Notes: generated by a model not told the origin, from the letters alone. Positions 1-16,020 are shown, counted from the stretch's first letter. The stretch: 64,000 nt of DNA from the human T2T-CHM13v2.0 reference genome, Homo sapiens (GCF_009914755.1 NC_060926.1), one strand, 5' to 3'. Translations and numbers: made by a program.

Positions 1-545
1 GATGGCGATCCAGAGCAGATGGTGATGCCACGTGCAGCCAGTGAGGACCACAGGCTGGTGTACTGGGCGGGGAGTGACTGGTCTGGTTGCAGCAGGTGTG
101 TACGAGAACCACCTTGGCCAAAAGGGCGTGGTTGGAGGCCCACGCCAAGCTGGCTGGCAAAACAGGTACCCCCTCTCTAGTCTGGGTGGTTGACACAGAG
201 CCTCAGGCAGCGCTTGGGGTAATCAAGAGGGGCTGGGGTGCAGCAGTCAAAACACCAGTGTGAACAGGACATTGAGAATGGCCGGACAGGAAGCGAGCCT
301 GGGCACTGACAGCCTCAAGCAGGGATAGACCTGCAAAGAAATCCCCAAGCCCGCTTTCCCAATTGTCTTAGCTATTCTCAGCTCCTTTCACAAAAGGTAG
401 GGGCTGTTTGTTTGTTCGTCTTTGAGAAAGGGTCTCAACAGGTCCTGGACAGAGAGGAAATCATTTAGGAAGCAACAGGTGTGGTTGCCCATGGCTAGGC
501 TGGGCCCAGGAGGGCCTGTTCCTTCCTGTTTCCAGCCCTCAGGCC

Positions 546-878
546 TTGTCTGAGTCAGCTTGGGCTGGCTGGGTGGGTGGCTTACACAGCAGACATCTAT
601 TTCCCCCAGGTCTAAAGGCTGGACGCCCGTGGTCAGGTTCCAGGGAGGGCTCCCTTCCAGGTTGCAGAAGGCCACCTTCTCACTGTGTCCCCACGTGGTG
701 GGAGGGGTGAGTGAGCTTTCCGGTGGCTTTTTGCATAAAGGCACTAATCCCACTCATGAGGGCGACACCCTCATGACCTAACCACCTCCCAACAGTCTCC
801 TCTCAATACCCTCACCTTGGAAGTTAGGATTTCAACATATGAACTTGGGGGAAGGACAGAGGCCTTCAGTCCTTTGCA
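546..878 (-). mobile_element. MaLR LTR (MLT1A-like)
   Basis: GGCACTAATCCCACTCATGAGGG...ATGACCTAACCACCTCCC...ATTTCAACATATGAA motifs typical of MLT1A. Confidence 0.75.
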
Positions 879-2059
879 AGCCTGAAGTCCAAACCCTGTT
901 TCTGCTCACTGAGGTTACTGACTAAAGCAAAGTGCCACAAACTAGTGCGAACACAGACGCAGGGGACTTCACCCGTACCCTCTCTCGGAGATTTTTCTCA
1001 TTTAAAAGAAGCAGAAAATGAAATGTCTGTGGGTGCAGGCAGGAGGGCCAGGGTGGGGGTCTCAGTTTGCACCCCGTCAAGCAGATCCTCCCCATCCACA
1101 ATGGGCTGAGTCCCCCGAGGGACAGGGACATAGGGCTGGACATCTTGTCTAGGTTGTTTGCTTTTTTGTCATTTTAGCTCCTGTTTTTATTTTGATTTCT
1201 TTTCTGTCTGTTTAAAAAGACTTCTGGCTCCCCTTTCTGCCTGAGGTTTCATAGCTGACTGCCCCTCCTCACCTTTGGTGGTGATGCATCTCCTGTCCCC
1301 TTTCTACCTCTAACCCCTATGAGTTATTTTCCAGGATACCATTGAGAAATTGAGGGTTTTTCAAGGAGCGAGATGCCAGAACCTCTGTGCCCTCTCTGAC
1401 GGTACTCGGATGTAGTGGGCAGACAGTGAGGATTTGTTGAACTGACTGGGTGGACCCACAGCATCTTCTCACACCAGACTTAAGAGGGTGGCCAGTGGGC
1501 ATGGGGCCTCTCTGCCAGGCCGTTTTCCTGCTTCCCTGCTGAGACCGAGTGTGCTGGGTGAGCAGCCCCTTCCTGAATGATGGCAGGGCCCTGAGGTCCC
1601 TGGGGTGCCAGAGCTCCCTCTTCTGTGGAATGCCGGAGCAGTGTGCTCACCGTTCCCTGTGTGTATAAGCTCAGAATTTTTTTCAGAATAAAAAAGCACA
1701 ACTCAAAAACAGATCGACTTCTCAGATGTCTCTTCTCTTCATCTTTCTTTTCCTTCCCTTCCCCACTAAAAATACTGTGTTCTGTTATTTACAACACTTT
1801 TCTAAATGTCTTGCATGGTGTTGACTTAGTAGCTGGGACCTGGGAAACCAGAGGCAGGAATGGAGTCGCCTGGACCTGGCCCAGTCACAGAGCCAGGGGC
1901 AGGGCCCACGCATGTCTGCAGGGGCAGTGGGTGGGACAGGCAGAGCTGCAGTGAATGATGGCACGTGGGTTGAGTGCCCTCTGATGCAGCCGTGGGCACA
2001 CTGGTCTTCCAAGAGGCCTTAGGAAACCAGTGTCCTGCCTCCTGGTGTCTGCAGGCAGA

Positions 2060-2250
2060 TGGCCTAGGCTGGAAACTGGGGTCTGTCACTATCTGTGTGA
2101 CTGTGTGTGAATTCCTCAGCCTCCTGAGCTTCAGCCTCCTCATCTATAAAATATGGAATAATAGGTATCTTTTCAGGGTACTTGAGCATTAAATGAGTGA
2201 ATTTATGTAAAGTTCATGGAATAATGAAGTGCTCCATTAATATTAACTAT
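2060..2250 (+). mobile_element. MIR SINE
   Basis: CTTCAGCCTCCTCATCTATAAAATATGGAATAATA core-like sequence. Confidence 0.65.
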
Positions 2251-2477
2251 CGTCATCACCAACATCATCGTCAACATTATATATCCTCCTACTGATTTTA
2301 TGCAAAGTTATTTTATGTTGTGATGGCAAGAAGTGTGTGGAAATTCCAAAAAGGGTGTAATGATTTCACCAAATAGTTTGGAAGGCTTTTGAAGGAGGCA
2401 GGAAATGAGCTGAGCCTGGAGATGTTATCAGTAACAGTATCTGAATAGGCAGGAGAGCATTCACAGAAACTCAATTT

Positions 2478-2572
2478 ATACACACACACACGCATACACA
2501 TGCACACACACGTGCACACATGCATGCACACAGACACACATAGGCACGTGCACACACACACACACACCCACA
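2478..2572. repeat. Imperfect (CA)n microsatellite
   Basis: Directly visible. Confidence 0.9.
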
Positions 2573-2574
2573 CT

Positions 2575-2750
2575 ATAGTTTAATGGTTAAAGAGTACAGA
2601 CCCTGGAAGCAGATTATACTTGTTAGATGACTAGTTTTGCCATTTTCTAGCTATGTAACATTGTCGAAGCTGCTTAAATTCTCTATGTCTCAGTGTATTG
2701 TTTTGTAAGATGAAGATGATTATAATGCCTATCTCAGAGGACTGTAATTA
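2575..2750 (+). mobile_element. MIR SINE
   Basis: TGGTTAAAGAGTACAGAC...CTATGTAAC...CTCAGT...TGTAAGATGAAGATGATTATA. Confidence 0.55.
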
Positions 2751-3604
2751 CAATAAAAAGCTCTCAACAGTGGTAGCTGGCATTATTAGCAGCAGCGCAC
2801 CTGATATATGGTGGCTGGCATGATTTTTAATACTTTGAGGGCTAAAGGGCAAGTTGCAACACCTGTTCTGAGCGTTCATCCTCTGCTGGACGAAGTAAAA
2901 CATTTAGAAAGCGATAACAAGTAACCATGATACAAAGCAATATATGGAACTGCCCCTGAGTGGCAGCAGAGTTAGAGAAATACTGTTGAAGGGCCAGGCC
3001 CTCATTATTTTGTTTCCAGGGCCAGCAGAATGTTGCTGGTGGCCCTTGAGGCCGGACCCTGCTGCCTCCTGGAATCATACGCCATAGAACAGTGATGATT
3101 ACAAGCTGAGGACTCTTCAGGATCTGTGCTAACCAGGAAGAGGCTCGGCCTCTCTAGGCCCCTCCAGCTTCTTCATCAATAAATGAAGACAAAATCTGTT
3201 ACCTTACAGGGCTATAGGAGAGAATGAAAAGAGGTACCATATTTGAAAGTACGTAGTTTGAAGGCATTCAAGTTTATGATGCCATTACTAATCTACTCCA
3301 TACTTCCACCTTTCTCCCTGGTATACATCACTTCTGTTTAATGCATGTCAGCTCTCAAATACTGTTAGCCTTTCTACTGTCTCATCTCCCTTCACTGGAG
3401 TGGCTCTGAGTTTGGGCATATGTCAGATGTTTGAAGGCACTGTAATCATGTTTACTTGTGCATTACAGCCTGCTCTGAGGGACAGTCTTGTCCAACGTTA
3501 AGAGGAAAGTCAACAGGGTTGAATACAGGATTGCATAACCTATGGTGATATGAATTGAACAGGAAGCAAAGGACAAAAGAACTAACATGTTTTTAGCTTA
3601 GTAT

Positions 3605-3641
3605 GTGCTGGGATTACAGGCGTGAGCCACCGCGCCCGGCC
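3605..3641 (-). mobile_element. Isolated 37-bp Alu 5' end
   Basis: Reverse complement of GGCCGGGCGCGGTGGCTCACGCCTGTAATCCCAGCAC. Confidence 0.85.
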
Positions 3642-3644
3642 TAC

Positions 3645-4117
<473 letters not shown>

Positions 4118-4645
4118 TTTTCTTCTTTTATTTTGTAATTTAATATACTCATAACTTCATGAGACATGTAGAGTTTAACAGAGTTACAAAGCAAATACCC
4201 ACATAATCACACTGTGAATCAAGAGACTGTTCACACCCAGCACTCTAGAAGCCTCTGGAAACCCCTTCCCAGTCTGTTGTGATCACATGTTTAATTTTAT
4301 CAAGGCTCTTCTTTCTGGACTGCTTGGTGTGCTCAGATATCTTTTAAATCTGTGACTGTGGGAAATTATATTCATTGGTTTTCTTGTATTTAATCAACTT
4401 TGCCTCCTTGGTGCTTACCCAATTTGGCCCTTATTTATTTTATTCTTACTATGTTGATGGATTTGATTTGATGATGCTTTGTTTTAGATTTCTGTATCTG
4501 ATGAGATTAGTCTGTAATTTTTCTTTCTCATTGCTGTTTTTTTTTGCCAGGTTTTAAGATCAAGGAGGTATTAACCTTATAAAATGAATCAAGTGTTACT
4601 TTCTGAAAAAAAATTCTGAAAGATTTTTATAAGATTGGATGATTT

Positions 4646-4954
<309 letters not shown>

Positions 4955-5431
4955 TTATCCCTTCAATATCTGGTAAAATTTGCTAACGAAGTTTCCTTTG
5001 GGGAAAAAAAATTAGTAATAATTCAATTCCTTTAATGGTTGTTGAAGTAGTCACAATTTCTATTTCTTCTTGAGTCACTTTTGGTAATTTTTTTTTTTGT
5101 AGATGGATATACAGTGTGTCCAGCAGCATTTGTTGAAAAGACTGTCCTTTCCCCAGTGATGACTGTGGCACCAACAAAGCAATCTATTTGTAGGCTCATG
5201 TGGATTAATTTCTGGTCTCTATTTGGCTCCATTAATCTAGTTAGTATCCTTACACCAATGTCACACTATCTTGATTACTGTCACTTTATAGTCTTAAAAG
5301 TCTTGAAATCAGGCAGTGTAGTTTCCCAATGTTGTTTTTCTTTTTAAAGGTTGTTTTAGCTAGTCTTAAGATATTTGCATTTCTATATAAATTTTAGAAT
5401 CACATTAGAATTTCTACAAAAAGCCTGCTGG

Positions 5432-5595
5432 AGCTGGGCATGGTGGCATGTGTCTGTAGTCCCAGCTACTTGGGAGGCTGAGGCAGGAGGATGGTGTGAG
5501 CCCAGGAGGTCAAGGCTACAATGAGCCATGATCATGCCCTTGCACTCCAGCCTGGGTGATAGAACAAGACCCTGTCTCCAAAAAAAAAACAAAAA
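5432..5595 (+). mobile_element. Alu right monomer (FRAM/AluJ-like)
   Basis: GAGCCCAGGAGGTCAAGGCTACAATGAGCCATGATC followed by A tail. Confidence 0.85.
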
Positions 5596-6331
5596 GGCTG
5601 CTGGAATTTTGATTATACCAAATCTGCAGATCAGATATGAGGAGAACTGGCACTTAACAATATTAAGCCTAGTTTTGTTAAATTATAATTTTGTGAGAAT
5701 TTGTCCATGTCATCTAACTGCTCACATTAATTGACCTATTTTTATCATAAACCCTTTTATTAGTGTCTTTTAATGTCTGCAACATTCATCATGATACCGA
5801 CTTTTTTTCATTCCTCTACTAGTTACGTATGTGTTTGCTTTTTCCTTGATCAATCTTTTGAGGTTTGTAAATTTATTCGTTAAGGAGTTCTTGGTTTCTG
5901 AAAACAACAACAAAATGACAAAAGTGTCCATTTTAGCAGTTTATTTCTCTGAATGAGCCTTTATAATCAGCAGTAGCTTTCCTCCAAGTGACAGTTCAGG
6001 AACCCAGGCCATTTCTGTGGTTGGCCCGGCTGTCCTCACCATGTGGTCTCCAGGACGGCGTCCTTTGCCTCCACTGTGCTGGGAAGGAGGATGGAGGACC
6101 ACGCCGGCAGGGTTTCATGGGCTGGGGCCGAATGTCACTCTTGCTCACATTTCATAGACTAGACCTGAGTCCAGGGACATGGTCTGTCAGGGAGAGCTGG
6201 ACCAGCATCATGCTGTGTGCCTGGAAATGGGAGGAGGCAGGTGTGTGCAGCTTCCCAGGGTCTTCTACCATAATTTTTATTCATCTTTTAAAAACCTATT
6301 GGCTTTGTTGATCCTCTCTGTTATATATTGA

Positions 6332-6725
<394 letters not shown>

Positions 6726-7056
6726 GTGCTTAACTTATTAATGCTGAGGCTTTCTAGTCTAGTATTTCAGGCTATAAATTGTTCCCCTAAGTAATGTTTC
6801 ATCTGCATCCCACTAATTTTCGGTTGTGGTATTTTTAAAGTCATTTAGTTGAAACTATTACCTGTTTTCCACTGATCTTCCTTCTTCAGTCTATTGGTTA
6901 TTGTAAAGTGTTCTTTTGTTTCCAGATACTTAGGGATGATCCTCTGCTACTGATTTCTAGCTTAACTGCATTGGATCAGACAACATATTCTGAATGATTT
7001 CAATCCTTTAAATTTGGTAAACATTACAATATTTTCCTCTACTTGTTTAGAAATTA

Positions 7057-7436
<380 letters not shown>

Positions 7437-7778
7437 TTACCAAATTATACAGTGAATAAACTCCTTTACCTTTCTCATGGGTAATATAATGATCTCAGAA
7501 CATTTTAACCTCAGACTTTTACTGACTTCTGCAGTACTCTTGTCTTGTATTTCTCATCTGTGTTTTCTTTTTTAAATGGTCCTAGATGTTAATTGTTATT
7601 TTATATAGCCCATGTGCATATTTATTTAGTCACTTATTAACTGCTTCCCTTGCTATTCATTCTTTCTTCCGTCTAAGATTGCTCTCCTTCTGTCTGAAAT
7701 TCATCCTTTAGATTTGCCTTAGTGAGAGGCTACTGTGGGTGAATTTTCTCAGCTTTTTGTTTCTTAAATGTACTTACA

Positions 7779-8133
<355 letters not shown>

Positions 8134-8522
8134 CTACTTCCTTTTAGCGTATTGAGATTTCATTCTACTGTTTTCTGGCTCCTATTGATGCTCTTATCAG
8201 TCTAACTCTTTGTAAGTTAGACTGATAATAGCATTTTTTCCTCCTCTGGCTGAATTTAAGATACCTCCACACCCTTCTTTGGAGTTTTTTGGTTTCACTG
8301 GTTTGTTTAGGGGTGGATTTCCCACTTTCCTTATTCAGCTTGAGATTTGTTGGACTTAAAAATATATGAATGTCTTCTTTACAAAATTGTCAGCCATTAA
8401 TTCTTCAGATACTGTGTCTTTGTCATCTTCTCTCCTTCTCCTTTGAGAACTCCAGTTTAAGCTGATATTAAACCATCTCACTTTATATCCTTCCTGTCTC
8501 TTCTCTTACACAATTTTCATCA

Positions 8523-8828
<306 letters not shown>

Positions 8829-9637
8829 TCATTTTACCTCTCTGTGGTATATTTTGTAAATTTCTTTTAACCTATCTTATAATTCACTAAATTTCTCTTT
8901 GGCTGTGTCTGATTTGCCGTTAAAGCTATCTATTGAGTTTCTAAGCCTTTTATCGGAGTTTAAATTTTTAGGAATTTTAATTTTTAGGAGTTCTGTCTAG
9001 TTTCCTGTTCCCTATAGATACTTAAGCTTGTCTTTTGTTTTTTTAAACATAGTAAACATACTTGTTTTCGTTTGAGGCACTTTGCATTTATTATCTCCTT
9101 TAATCCTCAGGGCCATGCGGTATCATGTCTCTCGAAGAGATAAGAACACAGAGATGCTTGTCTGTGGGTCTCTTACTTCTTTTCTACCATCTTCCTTCAA
9201 TTCAGCTTGAAGTAGAAGCTCTGAGAAACTGAGACCTCTGAGGCAGAGAGAGGCTTTGATCCTTGCTTAGAATCTATAGTGAGTGTATCTCTGCCTCACA
9301 GAGCCCTCTCCACAGCACACAATGTAGACAAGAGGCAGACTCATTGATTGTGGAACAGGAAGCTTTTATGGAACTAAGATTTAAGTCTCTGACTCACTGT
9401 GAGCTCCTCGAGGGCAGGGGCTGTCTCTGATACATCCCTGTGACTATAGTGACTAGGACAAGATTAAGCAGATATTTAGTGACTGCATGATTCACTGTTC
9501 TGGGTATACAGCTGGGGTGCAAATATACATGTATATTAATAATTAATAATTGGCTAAAATAGCAATACAATTAAACTCACTTGTGCTGTATTTGCCTGTT
9601 GAATGTTTACCAATATCTAGCTATGAACATTTAGATC

Positions 9638-10236
9638 ACAGGTTGGCAAACTTCGGTGAAGGGCCAGATAATAAGTACCTTAGGCTCTGCTGACTGTGTG
9701 GCTATTCACAGCTACTCTACTCTGCCATTGTAGCCTGTCTTAGTCAGCTCAGCTGCCATAACAACTAAATACCACAAACTGGGTGGTGTAAATAACAGAA
9801 ATTTATTTGCTCACAGTTCTGAAAGCTGGAAATCCAAGATCTGCCGGCAGGGCTGGTTTCTAGTGAGGGCCCTCTTCTTGGCTTGCAGACGGCCGCCTTC
9901 TGATTGCATCCTCACATGATGTTGCTTCTGTGCATGCACGTCCCTGGCGTCTCTTCTTACCAGGACACCAGTTCCATCAGATGAGGGCCTCATGCTTATG
10001 ATCTCATACAACCTTCATTACCTCCTTAAAGGCTCTGTCTCCAAATGCAGTCACATTGGGTACTGGGGCTTTGACACAGGAGTTGGAGGAGGGGGTACAA
10101 TTCAGTCCATCACAGAACCCAAAGCAGCCATCGATAATACACAGATGAAGGAGCATGGCTGTGTTCCAGTAAAACTTTGCTTACAGAAACAGGTGGCAAC
10201 TGGATTTGGCTCATGGAATGCAGTTTGCCAACTGCT
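9638..10236. mobile_element. MER58-like hAT DNA transposon split by an MLT1 LTR
   Basis: Inverted ends GGTTGGCAAAC ... GTTTGCCAAC; internal GGCTGTGTTCCAGTAAAACTTT. Confidence 0.75.
9736..10114 (-). mobile_element. MaLR LTR (MLT1-family), complete TG...CA
   Basis: TGTCTTAGTC...AACAGAAATTTATTT...ATTCAGTCCATCACA. Confidence 0.8.
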
Positions 10237-10271
10237 TATGTTTTTTCTTTTTCTCATTTTTAAAAAATTTT

Positions 10272-10358
10272 ATAGAGACAGGGTTTTGCTGTGTTTCCTG
10301 GGTGCAAGTGCTCCTCCTACCTCAGCTGGGATTACAGGCATGAGCTGCCGCACCAGCC
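10272..10358 (-). mobile_element. Internally deleted Alu left monomer
   Basis: AGAGACAGGGTTT...GCTGGGATTACAGGCATGAGC. Confidence 0.7.
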
Positions 10359-10489
10359 TTATGTTAATATCTAAAGAGAATTGATGTAAATGTGACAATG
10401 CTTATTTGAATACTGTCTCTTCAGAGCACTCAGCCTTGACCTAGTGGTCTTGAGGCTCAGTAGGAAGAGTGTTTGTGTCTTGCAGCTCT

Positions 10490-10785
10490 GACAGAGCACA
10501 AAGAGCACTTCTGCGACCAGATGTGGAGAGTTTCCCTCACACAAGCAGTTCTCCAGTAGACGTCGACTGGGTGTCCTGCAGTTTAACTCATTTCTGACCC
10601 AACCTACCTGTAGTTAGCATCACATCTTACAAGTTAAAGAGCCCATCCCACAAGACTGCCCCCACTTCAGACCCAATCACAAGCCCTAGATTGTGACCTG
10701 CGCTTCTTACCAACTGGTTATAAATCAGGGTCCCATGACCTCCCTTCCTGGGTTCAACAGTTTGCTAGGATGGCTGTGACTCAGG
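10490..10785. mobile_element. MER21-like LTR fragment
   Basis: CCCACAAGACTGCCCCCACTTCAGA and CTGGGTGTCCT motifs recalled from MER21. Confidence 0.7.
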
Positions 10786-10902
10786 CCTCACCAAGCCTGC
10801 GCCTGAAGTGTAAAACAAAGGTCACTGACCACAGCCCTTTCTAGTTCATTTGCTTAAGACCCCTTGCCCAAGGGCACAGAGCCTACTGGCAGGCTGAGGA
10901 CT

Positions 10903-10938
10903 ACAGCCAGGGTGGAGCCCACAGCCAGGGTGGAGCCC
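10903..10938. repeat. Perfect 18-bp tandem duplication
   Basis: ACAGCCAGGGTGGAGCCC x2. Confidence 0.9.
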
Positions 10939-13189
10939 ATTCCAGAGCCAGGTTAGCCCTCCTGGCCCCCAGCAAACCACACACAGACCCCTGCTCACCC
11001 CTGCATGTCTGTCCCTGGGCCCCTCTCCTGGACTCCCAGCTCCTTCTCTTGGTGGCTATGCAGGGTCTGCTGCCATTCAGGGTGCAGCTTGGGGCACCCC
11101 TCCAGCAGCCACTCTCCCACGCCTGGGGTCCACAAGGGCTTCCCTGTCCCCACCTTCTGAATGTCTGTTTCCACACTCCCACCAGAGGAGGCTCTCCCTC
11201 AGAAAGGCGTTGGTTTACTTTCCTGTTTACGGGACAGTGGCATCCTAGGCAGTGGCTTGCAGGTTGAGGCCAGACCGCTGAGTGTGGCGTGCAAAGCCCC
11301 TGCACCTGGTTACTGCCTGCCTGTCAAGACTTAATCTCACCTTTCCTGGTCATTCCCAGGACACCGTCCACCTGTGGTTTCACGCTAGGTTTCTCTTGCG
11401 AGCACGTGCTTAATTAGCACCATGTATTCTGTCCACTGTACCTTCTCTTTCTGCTCATCTTCCCAAGTTCAGTTCCCCGCCTCCCTGTCTCTAGAGAGCC
11501 TCTCCTGCCTGCCCTGGCTCACCTGGGAGGGGAGTTCCCTGAAACTGTGTTACTCTCTGCCTCCTTGTCTGAGCCCCGTCCTGTGCTGCTGTCTCTGGGG
11601 CCTTTTTTCTCCATATCCTCATTACCTAGCACAGCACCTGGCACACAGTAGGTGTCCCATGAACAATGTTTGAATGAATCTTTGAATTATGGAGAATGAG
11701 TAAATGCCACCTGACTGTCAACTGCCTTGGCCTGTTTTCCAGTCCTTGATCCTGTGCCTGCCATGACTCTTTTCTGCTTTGTTGGGGCACGGTGCTGGGA
11801 GCCGAGCATGGCTGCAGGTGCCGGGATGCTGAGGTGGTCTGAGCTGCTCCGTGTGCCTCAGTCACGTGGCCGGGCAGGGTGGGAGGCAGGCAAGAAACTC
11901 TTCCCTACTTTGCCTTCAGGACAGTCCACAGAGCAAGAATGGAGTTGAACAAGGAGGAGAGCCTGAGCCTCTGTTTTGATCGATCAGATGTGGTCCCAGT
12001 CCCCTGCCCCTTGAATCAGCCCAGCCAGAAGGGGCCTAAGGAGGCTCTTGTCACTGCATATGCCCAGGGGCCCTCTCCAAACTTAGCAGGCGAGAAGAGC
12101 CACAAGGATTTCTAAGATGGCAGGCTGGTCTTGTGCCTGGGAAGAGACAAGACCTGGTGAGACCTAGATGGAGAGTGAATTTGGAGTTGAGATTGTCCTA
12201 TTATGCGTCTAAGGAGCCTGCAGGCTGGCCTGCCCTTCCCCCAGGGTCTGAAGGAGATGGGCCAGCCGTCGCCCTGATGGGGTCGAGGCAGGCACCGGCA
12301 CATCATCTGTGGGTACAGCTATCAGTGGGTACAGTTTCAGAATTTTGAACCTGAGTCTGTGGGTTTCACGTGGTGGACATAGCCCCAGTTTGCCATGGAC
12401 ATGATTGCTTTCTGTAGAAGCTGTTTATTGACCTTAACTAAGTTTTCACTGAACTAAACAGAAGCACAGAAGGAAGGGTGAAGATATTCTGGATGCGCTC
12501 ACCCATGTTCATGGGCCTCACCACTGCCTGACCACAGCCACTGCCTGCTGTTCATAAATATATGGTCAGGAGGGGGATGTTCACTACTGACAGGGGCCCG
12601 GGAGAACCTTTGATTTGAGGTTTCGTCAAGAAGACAAGGACTGTTGAAGAGTTCAGAGCCCCTGGGTTGCTGACTAAATCCAGTAGTCGCTTTGGGCCCT
12701 TTCTCAGTAAACAAGCACGGAGACACCTGGACAGGAATCCTGCCAAATGGGAGCAGTGCAGGCGAGGGTGTGGTCCTGCCACGGAGGCAGGACTGGGGCA
12801 GGGAAGGGTGGAGAGGAGATTTCACTGTTATTTCATATCCTTCTGCATTTTTGTTTGCTTGCATAACAAAACATCTATTGCCTTTCTACTTTTTTAAAAA
12901 AGCAACTTTTTTTTTTGGAAAGGAAGAACTAGTGAGGCTCCTTAACAATACTATGAGTCAGGATTTTTCTGCTCCTTCTTCCTCTGTCCCTGGTCTGTGG
13001 CTCCTGTCATGGCCTCTCCTCCTGTGGCGGGAGGTTGGGCAGTCCCCATCCTCTAGGCAGTCTAGGCATGGCCAGGCTTATGCAGTTGTTCAGGGGACAT
13101 GCCCTCCCCCATTAGTTTCTTTTGTGGCTCCTCTCCTGGTTATCTTATGGAGATTACATCAGGGATATTTTTTTCCTTATTGGCTTTAC

Positions 13190-14390
13190 GTAGATTGAAT
13201 TTACATACAGCAAAATTCACTTTGAACTGAACAGTTTGATGAGTTTGACACATGTTCACAATTGCATAACTATCCCCACAATCATCAAAAGAACTTTTCT
13301 ATTATTTAAAAAAGCCCTTGCCCTGCTCCCTACCTGGTCAGTCTCCCTCCCTGCCCAATGCCCATTGCTCCGCCACTCACCGCTCTAGGTTTCCCTTGGT
13401 TCTGGAGCCCTATGGAAATAAGATCGTGCAGTGTGTGGCCTTTGGTGTGTGGCTGCTTTCACGTAGCACCATGCCTTGAGACCTCACCATGCTGTTGTGA
13501 GTGTGAGCAGCCCACTCCTTTTCCATGGCTGAGGGGTGGCCCGTGGTTCCTTGCCATGTGTTTATCATACACCAACCATGGGCATTTGGGTTGTGGCCAG
13601 TTTGTCTATCATGACTGCCTCTGCTATGAGCATCTGCTTACAAATCTTTGTGTGAACATAGGTTTCACTTTTTTGGGTAAACATCTAGGAGCAGAATTGC
13701 TGGGTCACATGGTAGTATGTTCCCACCAGCTGAGTGCAGGGCTCCAGTCACTCTGTGTCCTGCCTCACTTGGTATCCTCAGCTTTTTGGGTTTTGGCAAT
13801 TCTCATTGTGGTTTTCATGTATATTTCCCTAATGACTAGTGATTCTGAGCATCACTTCATGTGCTTATTTGCCATCTGTATATCTTTTTTGTTTAAGTGT
13901 TGGCTCAAAATTTTGCATATGCTTTTTTTGGGTTGTTCATCTTCTTATTACTGAGTGTAAGAGTTTGTTACATAGTCTAGATATGATTCCCTGGCAGATA
14001 CATATTTTTTCAAATCCTTTCTCCCAACCTGTGGCTTGCTTTTTCCTTAACAGTGTTTTTTAAACAGGAAGAGCCTTTAATTTGTATGAAGTTCAGTTTT
14101 CACTTTTTTCTTTTATGGTTTGAGCTTTTTGAATCTTATTTGTTTAATCCAATATCATGGAGATTTTCTTATATATTTATTTCTATGAGTGTTATGGTTT
14201 AGTCCTAGCACTTAGCTATATGATATATTTTGAGTTAATTTTATGTATGGTGTGATGTGGGGGTTTTGGGGATTTGGTGGGGTTTATTTATTTATTTATT
14301 TATTTAGGTATTTTGTAGCTTTTGCATATGGTTACAGTTCCAGTATTATTTGTTGAAAAGACTATTATTCTTTTTCCATTAAATTGCCAG
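13190..14390 (-). mobile_element. Old L1M 3' end / ORF2 remnant
   Basis: GGGTAAACATCTAGGAGCAGAATTGCTGGGTCACATGGTA; TTTCCCTAATGACTAGTGA; GCCATCTGTATATCTT. Confidence 0.8.
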
Positions 14391-14759
14391 GTCTTGATTT
14401 TTATATAGTCTTTTTGATTTTTTAATCTAAGGCACTGTACAATATGTGGAACCTCTTACATAAATGTTAATACATGAACTTTTGTTCTTTCTGTTGTTCT
14501 AGAATACTTGTAATGCCATATTCTTGTAAGTACTTATGTTGTCTTGGAGGCATCCATGCTGGTGAATGGGAGGGTTTCTGTGTAGGGTAGACAGGGAGAG
14601 CCTCCTATTTGTTGTGGTCCAAGTGGAAACCATTCTGGCAGCAATGGCTCAGGGCTGCCATGCCATGTAACTGTTCTGAGCCCACAGCATGTGGACTGCC
14701 TGCAGACATGGGAAGGACATCGCAGTTCACTGCAGTAGTCCACTATGTTCCGGGCGCCT

Positions 14760-14890
14760 AGTTGAACCCTCCCAACCGCAATATGAGATGAGAATGGCTA
14801 TCCCATTTTGCAGATGAAACATGTGAGGCCCAGAGAGGATGGCTAACTGTACAACAGTGAATAAGCTGCAGAGAGTGGAGCTGAGCCCAT
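14760..14890 (-). mobile_element. MIR SINE
   Basis: CCCATTTTGCAGATGAAAC...GAGGCCCAGAGAGG. Confidence 0.65.
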
Positions 14891-15859
14891 TTTCTTTCTA
14901 TTTCCTCTACCAGTAATTTTCACATTTCTTGCTATATTAGTAATATTTCAGAACCACTGTCACTTATATTTGGCAAACAAAGAGGACCAGGGCTGGCCTA
15001 GAAGGGCCAGGAAGAAGTAGGCCTCTGAGACCTGGGCTGCAGACACCCTGAAGAGCAGGGTCCGTGTCTCAGAGCAGCAGGGCCACACTGCTCACATTGG
15101 GGGCTCTCCAATGGTTTTATGGCAGCTGAGTCTGCATGGGAATAGTGAGCATCATCATCCAGGGGTGAGGATTAAATAAGGTAAAATGCCAGGCATGTGG
15201 TCGCTACTAAGTTATTGTTAGTCTGCCCAGCTGGATCACCAGGCTGGGGAAGGGAGGGGAACTAGTTCCTGCGAGGTTCAGTGAAAGAGGAATCTTAGGT
15301 CCCAGGCACCTGCAGTGAAAGCGTAAATGCTAGTTCCTGGTCCCCTAATGCTAGCAGAATAGTAACATTCCCCTTGCAGCGCACTCCCTGTCTGTCAGTG
15401 GATGTGGCTTTGTTTTTTAACCAACAGCGCACACAGTAAAATGTACGTGCCCTCACCTCCCATGAAACAAAGGACAAGCAGCATGTGGATAAGTGAACAG
15501 CCAGTCCCGGAAAGGCTGGAGCTGTTGGCTGCAGCTCTGGAAATGTTAGCGCCTCCTGGGAGACGCATGGTGGGCCTGTGGATTCTGGGGTCTTGAGAGA
15601 GAATCCATGCAACTGTGGCAGGCCCTGTGCTTCCGCGGAGCTGAGAGGATTCGTAGGTGCTTCCCATGCGCAGTCTAGTCTGCCAGCGGTGAGCACTGCC
15701 CTATCAACACCAAGGACTGGCTTCCGGGGGTAATGTGGGGCCTGGCGGGACACCAGGGCCAACCTGGAGCAGCGTGAGGGCCACAAGCCCTGAGGCAGAA
15801 GGCGTGGGTTTGAGTTCTGACCACTTCAGTTTGTGAGTTTGAAACTAAAAGAGGAAAGG

Positions 15860-16020
15860 ATCCGGTATTTGTTGAGTGCCCACTACTTGCCGGCATTTTA
15901 CTCCTGCTGTTTGGTTGAACTCATAGAGACACATAAAATACCGTGTGCTCTCTTCCATCTCAAGATGAGGAAGCTGAGGTTCAGGCAGGTCAGGTCCCTG
16001 ACTCACAGACACACGGCTGG
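15860..16020 (-). mobile_element. MIR SINE
   Basis: TTGAGTGCCCACTAC...AGATGAGGAAGCTGAGGTTCAG. Confidence 0.6.
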
